Below, piece after piece: positions 10,099-18,560 of a stretch of DNA of 64,000 bases. The translations under genes were made by a program, and so were the position numbers. Under the pieces are notes generated by a model, which saw only the letters and a list, made by a program, of their open reading frames with translations, did no database searches and was not told where the DNA came from. Each line of letters begins with the position of its first letter. Positions within the stretch are counted from its first letter, which is position 1. Source of the stretch: an uncultured Pelagibacteraceae bacterium. GTDB lineage: Bacteria > Pseudomonadota > Alphaproteobacteria > Pelagibacterales > Pelagibacteraceae. The stretch spans positions 2,540 through 66,539 of the forward strand of contig CACDII010000004.1 in the NCBI GenBank assembly GCA_902552985.1, read 5' to 3'.

Positions 10099-11027
10099 AT
10101 TGGATCACGAAAAAACTTTCATACTTAAGTGAAAAAATTAAGACAGTAATTAAGAAAAGACCAACTAAAGAAGAAATAGAAAATAGTGATTGGTTTTCGT
10201 GTTGCAAAGGTCCTATTTTAAAAAAAGAATTAGAACAAAATTTATGGGTATGTCCTTCTTGTAATAAGCATCATAGAATTGGTTGTAAACAAAGATTTGA
10301 TATAATTTTTGGAAAAAATAATTATGAGATTTTAAAGACACCAATTCCAAAAGATGACCCTCTACAATGGAAAGACTCAAAGTCTTATAAAGATAGATTA
10401 AAAGATGCCAGAAAAAAAACTGGAATGGATTGTGGTATAATGGTTGTTTCAGGAAAAATTAATAACATAAGTGTTACAGCTTGTGCATCAGACTTTGCTT
10501 TTATAGGAGGTTCTGTTGGTGCTGCTGAAGGAGAAGCAATACTTACTGGAATTCAACACGCTATTGATAATCAACAAGCTTTTGTAAATTTTACTTCTGG
10601 TGGTGGAATGAGAATGTTTGAATCATTAATAGCTTTATCTCAAATGACTAGAACAACTTTGGCCATCAATGAATTAAAAAAAAATAACTTACCTTACCTA
10701 GTTTGTTTAACTGACCCGACAGCTGGTGGAATCACCGCTTCATTTGCTATGCTAGGCGACATTCATTTCTCAGAACCCGGAGCTATTGTGGCCTTTAGTG
10801 GAGCAAGAGTAATTCAAGCTACAGTAAAAGAAGAATTGCCTGAAGGTTTTCAAAAAAGTGAATATGTTCAAGAAACTGGTTTCATTGATCTAATTGTCCA
10901 AAGAAAAGATTTAAGAGAAAAAATTGGCTTAATATTATCAATATTGTTAAAGAAAAATTCTGATATAAATTCTGTAACTGATGAAACTTCAACAAGTATT
11001 GAACAACCTACAAAAGCTGCATCCTAA
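10095..11027 (+). CDS. accD: acetyl-CoA carboxylase carboxyltransferase beta subunit
   Basis: DFAFIGGSVG, SGGGMRMFE, DPTAGGITASFAMLGD; trpA-accD-folC synteny. Confidence 0.93.
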   Translation: MNWITKKLSYLSEKIKTVIKKRPTKEEIENSDWFSCCKGPILKKELEQNLWVCPSCNKHHRIGCKQRFDIIFGKNNYEILKTPIPKDDPLQWKDSKSYKDRLKDARKKTGMDCGIMVVSGKINNISVTACASDFAFIGGSVGAAEGEAILTGIQHAIDNQQAFVNFTSGGGMRMFESLIALSQMTRTTLAINELKKNNLPYLVCLTDPTAGGITASFAMLGDIHFSEPGAIVAFSGARVIQATVKEELPEGFQKSEYVQETGFIDLIVQRKDLREKIGLILSILLKKNSDINSVTDETSTSIEQPTKAAS

Positions 11028-12252
11028 AGAAATAGATTTAAGCTTAGACAGAATTAAAAGGTTATGTAAAAAACTTGGGAACCCTCAAGAAAATTTAAAA
11101 TATATATCTGTAGTTGGTACAAATGGAAAGTATTCTACAATACAAGCTATAAGAGCTATTCTTAAAGAAGCAAAAATAAATTGCAATATTTATACAAGTC
11201 CTCATATACAAAGAATTAATGAAAGATTTATATACGATGATGAAGAAATTTCAGATGAAAATCTGATAAAATTACTAACTGAAGTAGAGCGTATTAATGC
11301 TGGTGAATCAATTACTTATTTTGAAATATTAACAGCTGCATTTTTTTATAATGCTAAAAAATTTAAAAATAATATTAATATTATAGAAAGTGGTTTGTTT
11401 CATAGAGCTGATGCCTGCTCTATAATTAAATCTAATTTTGCAAGTATTATTACTGCTATTGGCTTAGATCATCTAGACTGGTTGCCAAAAAATAATCGAA
11501 CAATAGATCAAATAATATTTGAAAAAACATCGTCTTTATTAAATTCAAAAATTATTGTTTCAAAACAAAGCTCATATGAAATTTTAAATAAAATAAAAAA
11601 CTCTATTAGTAAAAACCCTTCAAAAAAATTAATTTTTGAAAATGATTTTAATTACTCTTTAAATGAAAATGGATTTTTTTATTATGAAGATAAATATGGA
11701 GGCCTAAAACTTCCATTGCCAAATTTAGAAGGTGAATTCCAATTATCTAATATATCATCAGCAATCGCTGCCCTAAGAAGCATAGAAGAATTAGATATTT
11801 CAGATGAAAATATTAAAAGTGGAATAAAAAAAATTAGAAGTATTGCTAGATTTTCAGAGATAAAAAACGGAAAATTAAAAGATTTGGTAAAAAAAAATAA
11901 AATTTATCTTGATGGATCTCATAACGCTCTTGGAGCTAGTGTTTTAAGCAAACATTTAGATACATTAAAATGTAACAAACATATAATTTTAGGAATGATG
12001 AATAACAAAGATCATATTGAATATAGCAAATATTTTAAAGGTAAAATATCCTCTTTAACAACTGTAGATATTCCAAATCAACCTAATGCTATTAATGGTG
12101 AAGATTTAATGAAAAAAATAAAAAATTTAAAAAATATTAATTATAAAAAATCAATTAAAGAAGCAATTAAATCAATAGATTTAAAAGATAATGATATAAT
12201 TATTATAACTGGATCCTTATATCTTGCTGGAGAAGTTTTAAATCTAAATTAA
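10981..12252 (+). CDS. folC: folylpolyglutamate/dihydrofolate synthase
   Basis: VGTNGK, YTSPH..INER, ITAIGLDH, LDGSHN, ITGSLYLAGEVL. Confidence 0.92.
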   Translation: MKLQQVLNNLQKLHPKEIDLSLDRIKRLCKKLGNPQENLKYISVVGTNGKYSTIQAIRAILKEAKINCNIYTSPHIQRINERFIYDDEEISDENLIKLLTEVERINAGESITYFEILTAAFFYNAKKFKNNINIIESGLFHRADACSIIKSNFASIITAIGLDHLDWLPKNNRTIDQIIFEKTSSLLNSKIIVSKQSSYEILNKIKNSISKNPSKKLIFENDFNYSLNENGFFYYEDKYGGLKLPLPNLEGEFQLSNISSAIAALRSIEELDISDENIKSGIKKIRSIARFSEIKNGKLKDLVKKNKIYLDGSHNALGASVLSKHLDTLKCNKHIILGMMNNKDHIEYSKYFKGKISSLTTVDIPNQPNAINGEDLMKKIKNLKNINYKKSIKEAIKSIDLKDNDIIIITGSLYLAGEVLNLN

Positions 12253-12569
12253 ATATTTTCTTTTATCCAAGAAAGAATATTCGATTTTGTAGTAGCGCCA
12301 ACTTTAGTTGCTTTTAACTCGCCCCCAGAAAAAAGTAACATAGTTGGAATTCCACGGATACCATACTTTGTGGGGGTATTAGGTTCATTGTCGATGTTAT
12401 GTTTTGCTATTACAACTTCATTAGCCATTTCATTAGAAATTTCTTCTAATGTTGGAGCAATTTGCTTGCAGGGTCCACACCATTCAGCCCAAAAATCAAC
12501 TATTACAGGTTTTGCAGCTTTAATGACTTCTGTTTCGAAATTTTCATCTGTTACATTAACTGTTGCCAT
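12249..12569 (-). CDS. trxA: thioredoxin
   Basis: DFWAEWCGPCK active site, GIPT. Confidence 0.97.
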   Translation of the reverse strand: MATVNVTDENFETEVIKAAKPVIVDFWAEWCGPCKQIAPTLEEISNEMANEVVIAKHNIDNEPNTPTKYGIRGIPTMLLFSGGELKATKVGATTKSNILSWIKENI

Positions 12570-12635
12570 AAAACTTATATATAATTTTATTTGAGTAATT
12601 CAACATTAAAAAAAAAAAAAATTAAATTATCCACA

Positions 12636-14066
12636 CTAAGAATTTTCATATTTTTTTTGTATTGACATTACATGAGAATTAAGTTCATCCAAAAATTTTA
12701 ATTTTTCCTGATCATTCTCATTTGAATATTTATCTCTAAGTGTATCAATTTCATTAAAGCATGCTGAAACTGTCCACCATTTTTCGAATTTTTCACTTAG
12801 AATTCTTTTAGAAATTGATCTTTTTATAGATTTAAACATATCGGGTGGTAATATTTCTGGAGCTTCTTGATAAATTATTTTTTTACCAAAACCTACAAGT
12901 CTTTCATCATCAAATTTATCTAATAATTTCAATTTATTTTGCCAAGACGCTGCATGCCATGCAGGAAAAAGTGCAGTATCTTTATTTGAGGTAAATTTAT
13001 TATAAATACTTTCCTCTGCATAAACATCTTCTTGTGATTTTGATTGCTCTTTTTCCTCTGCTATTTCTCTAAGAGCTGTTAGAATGTTTTGAGAAAATTT
13101 TTCATTATCTCTAACTAATTTTGCTCTTTTTTTAATTAAAATTTTATCCATTGCATTGTAGGGTTCTACCTTCATCGCGTATTCTGCATCAAGTATAATT
13201 GGAGCCTTATTTGATCTAATAGTTCTTAAAAATTTAGGGGTTTTTTTCATCTCTACTTTTAATTCATTGATAGACAAATTTAAAATTGGTTCGATATCAA
13301 CACGAAGATCAACGGCTTGACCCCAATTATAAATAGGGTGCACACAATGTTTTGGATGTAAAGGAGCACATAAATATAATCGTGATTTTCCATAAAAATA
13401 TTCATTTAAGCTAATAATTTCCTCTTTTTTAAAAATTGTTTCAGTATCTAATTTATTTGCTGTTCTTAGAAACATATTCCACGTGCTTGGTTGCCTTTTT
13501 TTGATTATACTTAAAATTTTTGTAGTTAAGGTAGCATCTGTTAATGCGCTATGAGCGTCAGTTGAATCTAAACCCTGCATTCGTGAAAGTGACTCAAGTT
13601 TAAATACTGGATTATTTTTTTCATTTATTTCTGTTTCTAAAACAGAAGAATCTACAGCGTATGCAGCTCTTGCAATATTAATACCGTCATGCCTTTTATT
13701 TGGAGATGCATTAGTAATATAGGGGTATCTTATACCTTTAAAAAACTCCTTTCTAATCATTTCATCATCAAAGCCTATATTTGACCAACCTAGGAAAATT
13801 GCTGGACTCCATTTTTTGAAAATTTTTTCAACCTCACCAAGCATTTGATAATGGCTTAAATTGCCTTGAGTTAATTGTTTAACGCTTGTTTTGTTAACAA
13901 TTAAAGCCATTGCTTGTGGAATTTCACCTTCAGGCAATCTGCATCTAAAATTGAATCTGTCTTTTTCTTTAAAATTTTTATCAACTAATATTCCACCAAT
14001 TTCAATTATACTTCCAAAATCGGTACTTGCACTTGATGACTCGATATCCCAGATAGCTAAATTCAT
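12636..14066 (-). CDS. sbcB: exodeoxyribonuclease I-like DEDDh 3'-5' exonuclease
   Basis: WDIES (ExoI), GWSNIGFDDEMIR (ExoII), FKLE..AHSALTD (ExoIII), IRSNKAP; length typical of ExoI. Confidence 0.8.
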   Translation of the reverse strand: MNLAIWDIESSSASTDFGSIIEIGGILVDKNFKEKDRFNFRCRLPEGEIPQAMALIVNKTSVKQLTQGNLSHYQMLGEVEKIFKKWSPAIFLGWSNIGFDDEMIRKEFFKGIRYPYITNASPNKRHDGINIARAAYAVDSSVLETEINEKNNPVFKLESLSRMQGLDSTDAHSALTDATLTTKILSIIKKRQPSTWNMFLRTANKLDTETIFKKEEIISLNEYFYGKSRLYLCAPLHPKHCVHPIYNWGQAVDLRVDIEPILNLSINELKVEMKKTPKFLRTIRSNKAPIILDAEYAMKVEPYNAMDKILIKKRAKLVRDNEKFSQNILTALREIAEEKEQSKSQEDVYAEESIYNKFTSNKDTALFPAWHAASWQNKLKLLDKFDDERLVGFGKKIIYQEAPEILPPDMFKSIKRSISKRILSEKFEKWWTVSACFNEIDTLRDKYSNENDQEKLKFLDELNSHVMSIQKKYENS

Positions 14067-14085
14067 ATATAAATTATCCTTTAAA

Positions 14086-14153
14086 AGCTATGTTTTGATG
14101 AACGTTTAGATTTTTTTTTGAGAACTAAACCATTTGCATCTAAACAAGTAGCT
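14086..14153 (-). promoter_or_regulatory. long imperfect stem-loop in the putative sbcB 5' leader (terminator/attenuator-like)
   Basis: Paired segments AGCUA/UAGCU, UGUUU/AAACA, GAUG/CAUC, GUUUAG/CUAAAC; followed by a short U-run then the AAAGGA SD of sbcB. Confidence 0.55.
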
Positions 14154-14163
14154 ATTAGTTAGT

Positions 14164-14192
14164 ACTATATCTTCTAAGAATATATAAATGAA
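14164..14192 (-). promoter_or_regulatory. putative sigma70 promoter for sbcB
   Basis: TTCATT-17 bp-TATAGT on the minus strand. Confidence 0.45.
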
Positions 14193-14194
14193 AG

Positions 14195-14881
14195 TCAACT
14201 TAAATTATTAATCTCATTAAATTTTTTTACTCTTCCTAGAAATAAATTTTGATACATTAGCAGTTCTTTTCCCTCAATTTTAAAATCTTGAAATAAATTA
14301 TCCACTGTACACAATAATATTACTCCTAAAGTAATATTTGTTTTGTAAACAATATTGTGCGCTAAAGTATATGCGCCTAATTGTAAAAAATAATCTTGAA
14401 TGTAATCAATTTTTTTTGGCTTATTTGCTTGTTTAAAATCTATAATAGCTTCTTTTCCTTGATACACGCCCACAAGATCTGCCGTACCAGCATATTTTTC
14501 TGGATAGTGAATTGTAGTTTCCATTCCAAATATTTCCTCTAATTTTCCTTTTATACCCTTATTTATTATTTCTTTGGCCATATTTTTATACTGTTCATTA
14601 CTTTCAAAAAAACTCTCATTAATACGTCCTCTTAAAAAATCTTCTATATAGGAATGCATTGATGTGCCCCTATTGGATGCTTCAGTTTTGATTTTATAAG
14701 CTTCTTTATATCCTACTCTTTGTTTCCAATTTTCCAATGCTGCTTTGTCCTCTTCTGATTTAGTTGCTTGCAAAATAGAGGTAACACTGGGTAATCTTTC
14801 ATCATTAAATAAATATTTTCTCATACCATTTTCAATGGATCTTGATGATTTTGGATAATTAAATTTATTATTCCACTTCAT
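14195..14881 (-). CDS. stand-alone PD-(D/E)XK exonuclease (RecB/Cas4/MGME1-like, phage-type)
   Basis: LPSVTSIL, RGTSMHSYIE, E..YAGTADL, IIDFKQ, YFLQLGAY motifs. Confidence 0.8.
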   Translation of the reverse strand: MKWNNKFNYPKSSRSIENGMRKYLFNDERLPSVTSILQATKSEEDKAALENWKQRVGYKEAYKIKTEASNRGTSMHSYIEDFLRGRINESFFESNEQYKNMAKEIINKGIKGKLEEIFGMETTIHYPEKYAGTADLVGVYQGKEAIIDFKQANKPKKIDYIQDYFLQLGAYTLAHNIVYKTNITLGVILLCTVDNLFQDFKIEGKELLMYQNLFLGRVKKFNEINNLS

Positions 14882-14901
14882 TGATAAATTTGTAAATGTA
14901 T

Positions 14902-15957
14902 TTAATTCTTAAGTTGTTTTGATCGATCAACAAATTTTTCTACATTTTCTGTCTTAACAGCTTTTTCAACTTGTTCAGGATCTTTTATATTTTCTAAAGT
15001 TCTAGTGATTGATCTAGCATCTGTTCCAAATGTATCCACAACTCTCATTGCTTCCTCCAATTTTTTTCTAAGCACTATGACATTATCAAAATGTTTTGCA
15101 AACCTTGTACTGATAGTTTTTAAATGATTATAAATTTCTGTTGCTCCTTTTTGGACTTTTAATGACTGAAAACCCATATGCAAAGATTGTAAATAAGCTG
15201 AAAGAGTATTTGGTCCCATTATTACAATTTTATATTTTTTCATTAATTCTTGAGTTAATAATTCTTTTGTACTAGGGTCTTGAAAGTCTGTTAGTTCCTT
15301 ATACAAACTCTCGGTTGGAGCATACACAATTCCGAAGTCGGTGGTTTTTGGTGGAACTATATATTTTTCTTTTACACTTTTAGCTTTATCTTTAAAAGCT
15401 CTTGCTAATTTAGTTCTTGCATCTGCTATTGCTTTTTTATCATCTGCTTGATGAGCATCATTTATTGCCTTAAATTTTTCTACTGGGAAATGACTATCTA
15501 CAGGAACTAAGACATCTCCTTGAAGTTTAATTGCAAATTCTACATTTTCGGACGTCTCTTCTTTCATTTTTGCATTTGAGATAAATTGAGATGCGGGTAA
15601 CAAATCTTTTATTAAAGATCCCAAACTAAACTCGGCTAAAGTTCCATATTTTTTAACACCTGCTAAAATCTTGGTAATACTTTCCTGGCTTTTATTTAAA
15701 TTTTCAACTTGAGTATTAAACGAAGAAACTTTTTCATTAACAGACGTTAATGTTTGTGTCATGTCTCTTGTAACATCTTTGGACAAACTATTAAACGAGG
15801 CAGACATAGTGTTAAATGAGTTGTTAATACTTTCTTTTAAACTATTTAAATTATCAGAGCTATCTTTGAACTCTTCTTTATTTTTACGTTGAGTAATCAG
15901 AAGGTAAATAACGACCCCTATTAACAACAAAATTACATATAACAACGAATCTTGCAT
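14902..15957 (-). CDS. rmuC: DNA recombination protein RmuC family
   Basis: N-terminal TM, coiled coil, G.LAE, VPVDSHFP, KYIVPPKTTDF..YAPTESLY, GPNTLSAYL. Confidence 0.85.
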   Translation of the reverse strand: MQDSLLYVILLLIGVVIYLLITQRKNKEEFKDSSDNLNSLKESINNSFNTMSASFNSLSKDVTRDMTQTLTSVNEKVSSFNTQVENLNKSQESITKILAGVKKYGTLAEFSLGSLIKDLLPASQFISNAKMKEETSENVEFAIKLQGDVLVPVDSHFPVEKFKAINDAHQADDKKAIADARTKLARAFKDKAKSVKEKYIVPPKTTDFGIVYAPTESLYKELTDFQDPSTKELLTQELMKKYKIVIMGPNTLSAYLQSLHMGFQSLKVQKGATEIYNHLKTISTRFAKHFDNVIVLRKKLEEAMRVVDTFGTDARSITRTLENIKDPEQVEKAVKTENVEKFVDRSKQLKN

Positions 15958-15981
15958 ATAGAAGTAAGATACTAAAATAAA

Positions 15982-16659
15982 TTATTTGCTAAGCAAGTTT
16001 ATAATATTTTTAATTCCTGATTTTTTTTTAGATAGTTTTGATACCATTAAACATGCTTGTGACTTTAAAATTTCACCATCTCTTAAAGTTCTCAAATTAT
16101 TAGCTTTTAATGTTGCTCCTGTACTCGTTATATCAGATATAATTTCTGCTGTTCCTGTAAATGGAGTTACTTCAGTACTTCCAAGACTTTTGACTAATTG
16201 AAATTGTATTACACCTTTAGAATACAAAAATTGTCTAGTTAAATTAGGATACTTTGTTGCTACTCTTAATAGTCTTTTTTTCTTTTTTTTGAACTCATCA
16301 GCAACCTCGTCTAAATCTAATAATGTTTGAACATCAATCCATAAATCAGGGATAGCAATTACCAAATTCGCATTACCAAAATTATACTTTTTAGTAGTTA
16401 AAATTTTTTTTTGTATATTAATTTCACTTTCTTTCAGCAAATCATATCCTGAAAAACCAATATCAATATTTCCTAAAGATAATTGCTCAATACATTCCCT
16501 GGCATGTAAATAAATAACTTTAATATTTTTAAATTTTTTAATATATCCAAACAAATCCCTTTCTCCTTTTTCAGAAAAAATATTTAATTTATTTTTTTTA
16601 AATATATTTAAAACATCTTTTTTAAGTCTGCCTTTACTTGGTATGCCTATTTTAATCAT
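15982..16659 (-). CDS. hisG: ATP phosphoribosyltransferase, short form
   Basis: IGIPSKGRL, RVATKYP, GSTE, ISDITSTGATLKANNL. Confidence 0.93.
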   Translation of the reverse strand: MIKIGIPSKGRLKKDVLNIFKKNKLNIFSEKGERDLFGYIKKFKNIKVIYLHARECIEQLSLGNIDIGFSGYDLLKESEINIQKKILTTKKYNFGNANLVIAIPDLWIDVQTLLDLDEVADEFKKKKKRLLRVATKYPNLTRQFLYSKGVIQFQLVKSLGSTEVTPFTGTAEIISDITSTGATLKANNLRTLRDGEILKSQACLMVSKLSKKKSGIKNIINLLSK

Positions 16660-17505
16660 TTAATTGTACCCCAGCTTTTTTAAATCCTCTTTAAATACAT
16701 GATTTATTTTATCTAACATTTCTTTTGGTATTAGTTTTTTCCAATTGTTTTTTTTACCTAAATTAAAAAAAGTAATTTTTTTTTTTGTTTTTTGTCCTAA
16801 TGGTGCCTCATTAAACCCTGATTCCATCTCCTTTTTTTTTAATATATCAAAATTCGTACTCTCTATACATTTTGATGCTTTTTTAGAATTAAAAATATTT
16901 TTAAATTTTGCATTTGAGTTAATAAAGTTAATTACCTCTTCTAATACTTGCATAGTATTGTTTTCTAATTCTTCATATTTAATAATTTTTATAGGAAAAT
17001 GCTTATTATCGATCCAGGATTTATAATGATTACTCCATGAGCTAAGGAATTGAAAATTAACAAACTGATTATTTTCTCTTTCGTATAATAATCCTTTATC
17101 ATTTAACATAAAATTTAAAGCTTCTTCATAATTATGTTCATAATGGTTTTTAATTGAAGTAATTACATTTCTTGGATCTCTAACTACATATATGCATCCT
17201 GAAGTATTATTTGTATCTGTAAATCTAAAATTGTTTACATCTAAAAATGCGTTATGTGTTTTGAAAATTCTAAAATTTTTGTCTAAATTAATTTTTTTTT
17301 GTGCATCTAACCAAAATTCAGCTGTATCAGTTATATTATTAAATTTTTTTTCGTATCCAGTAAAAAATTTTTTTGCAGGAAATTGATAAATTTTTGGTAA
17401 TAATTTAAAATCAAAAATTCCATCCTCAGAATAAAAATAAGACGTTAATAATGCTCTTAACCAAGTATTTCCACTTTTGGGGTATGAAGCTATCCACATT
17501 ATCAT
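16660..17505 (-). CDS. PAPS-dependent sulfotransferase (Sulfotransfer_1-like)
   Basis: WIASYPKSGNTW (5'-PSB loop), KTH, YVVRDPRNV.TS (3'-PB), KYEEL. Confidence 0.88.
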   Translation of the reverse strand: MIMWIASYPKSGNTWLRALLTSYFYSEDGIFDFKLLPKIYQFPAKKFFTGYEKKFNNITDTAEFWLDAQKKINLDKNFRIFKTHNAFLDVNNFRFTDTNNTSGCIYVVRDPRNVITSIKNHYEHNYEEALNFMLNDKGLLYERENNQFVNFQFLSSWSNHYKSWIDNKHFPIKIIKYEELENNTMQVLEEVINFINSNAKFKNIFNSKKASKCIESTNFDILKKKEMESGFNEAPLGQKTKKKITFFNLGKKNNWKKLIPKEMLDKINHVFKEDLKKLGYN

Positions 17506-17510
17506 GATTA

Positions 17511-18560
17511 TTAAAAAAGATTAAAAGCTGCACCTACAGCTGGTACTTTTCTTTTCCCTCCTAAGTCAGAAATTAACTTATCGTATCTACCACCATTAAT
17601 AAAATTTATGTTTTTAGATTTTTTCTTAATATCAATTTTAAAAACCATGCCAGTATAATATCCAAGTTGTCTTCCAAATGAAGTTGAAAATTCAACATTT
17701 AATTTCGAAATTTTGTTTTTGGAGATAGGAAAATAATTTTTTTCTACTCTTAAATTAATTTTATTCTTTTTAAAAAAAAAATTTAATTTTTCAGCTGCTA
17801 ATTCTATTTTGCAGTTAATTTTTAAAAAATCTTTAATAATTTTAGATACTTTTTTTCCTTTGCTGGCTTTCCTAGGATCTTTAATTTTATTATTAAATCT
17901 TTCAAGAATTTCTTTTATAGATCTTCCTGCAACTATCTCTTTAATATTTTCCTTAACCATTTTATCGTATTTTTTTTTATCTATTTTAACTATCGTTGGA
18001 TCCACATCAGAATTTGTTTCTAATCTTTCTAAAAGATCGTTAAAATATTCTTTTCTTGAAAAATGTCTTAATAGTCTTGACTTCCATCTTTTAGGTATAT
18101 CTAATTTTGAAACTAATAAATTAAATATTTCGATATTTCCAATTTTTAAAGTGCCTGACAAGTATGAAATTTTAGATAAAGACTTAACTGCACTATTAAT
18201 TATTTCTTTATCATCATTTTTTTCATTTTTGGATCCAATAATTTCAAAACCTATTTGATTTCTTATTATTGCATCCTTAATATTTGGTGATTTTCTGTAG
18301 GCTTCTCCACTATAAAATATTTTTTCTTCACCTTTTAAATTATTTTTTAAATACCTTAAGCATGATGCTATCGTTAAATCTGGTCTTAGGCATAGTTCCT
18401 TTCCATTATTATCGTTAAAAGAAAATATTAACTTTCTAAAATTTTCTCCTGATCTTTGTACTATATGACTAGTCTCTATTACTGAGTCTAATTTAACATA
18501 TTTAAATCCTTGAGAACGAACCGATCTAAGAATCTTTTCAGATAAATTTTTTGATTTCAT
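17511..18560 (-). CDS. hisZ: ATP phosphoribosyltransferase regulatory subunit
   Basis: LRPDLT, QIGFE, YYTGMVF, GGRYD..PAVG; HisS-like fold between hisS and hisG. Confidence 0.88.
   Translation of the reverse strand: MKSKNLSEKILRSVRSQGFKYVKLDSVIETSHIVQRSGENFRKLIFSFNDNNGKELCLRPDLTIASCLRYLKNNLKGEEKIFYSGEAYRKSPNIKDAIIRNQIGFEIIGSKNEKNDDKEIINSAVKSLSKISYLSGTLKIGNIEIFNLLVSKLDIPKRWKSRLLRHFSRKEYFNDLLERLETNSDVDPTIVKIDKKKYDKMVKENIKEIVAGRSIKEILERFNNKIKDPRKASKGKKVSKIIKDFLKINCKIELAAEKLNFFFKKNKINLRVEKNYFPISKNKISKLNVEFSTSFGRQLGYYTGMVFKIDIKKKSKNINFINGGRYDKLISDLGGKRKVPAVGAAFNLF

Noticed and set aside
12600-12640. Replication origin at the DnaA box
   Set aside because: Single box in a 66-nt spacer, with no box cluster or origin-associated genes.
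14195-14881. Cas4 / CRISPR-associated interpretation of the PD-(D/E)XK nuclease
   Set aside because: No four-Cys Fe-S set, no cas1/cas2, and no repeat-spacer array seen in the window.
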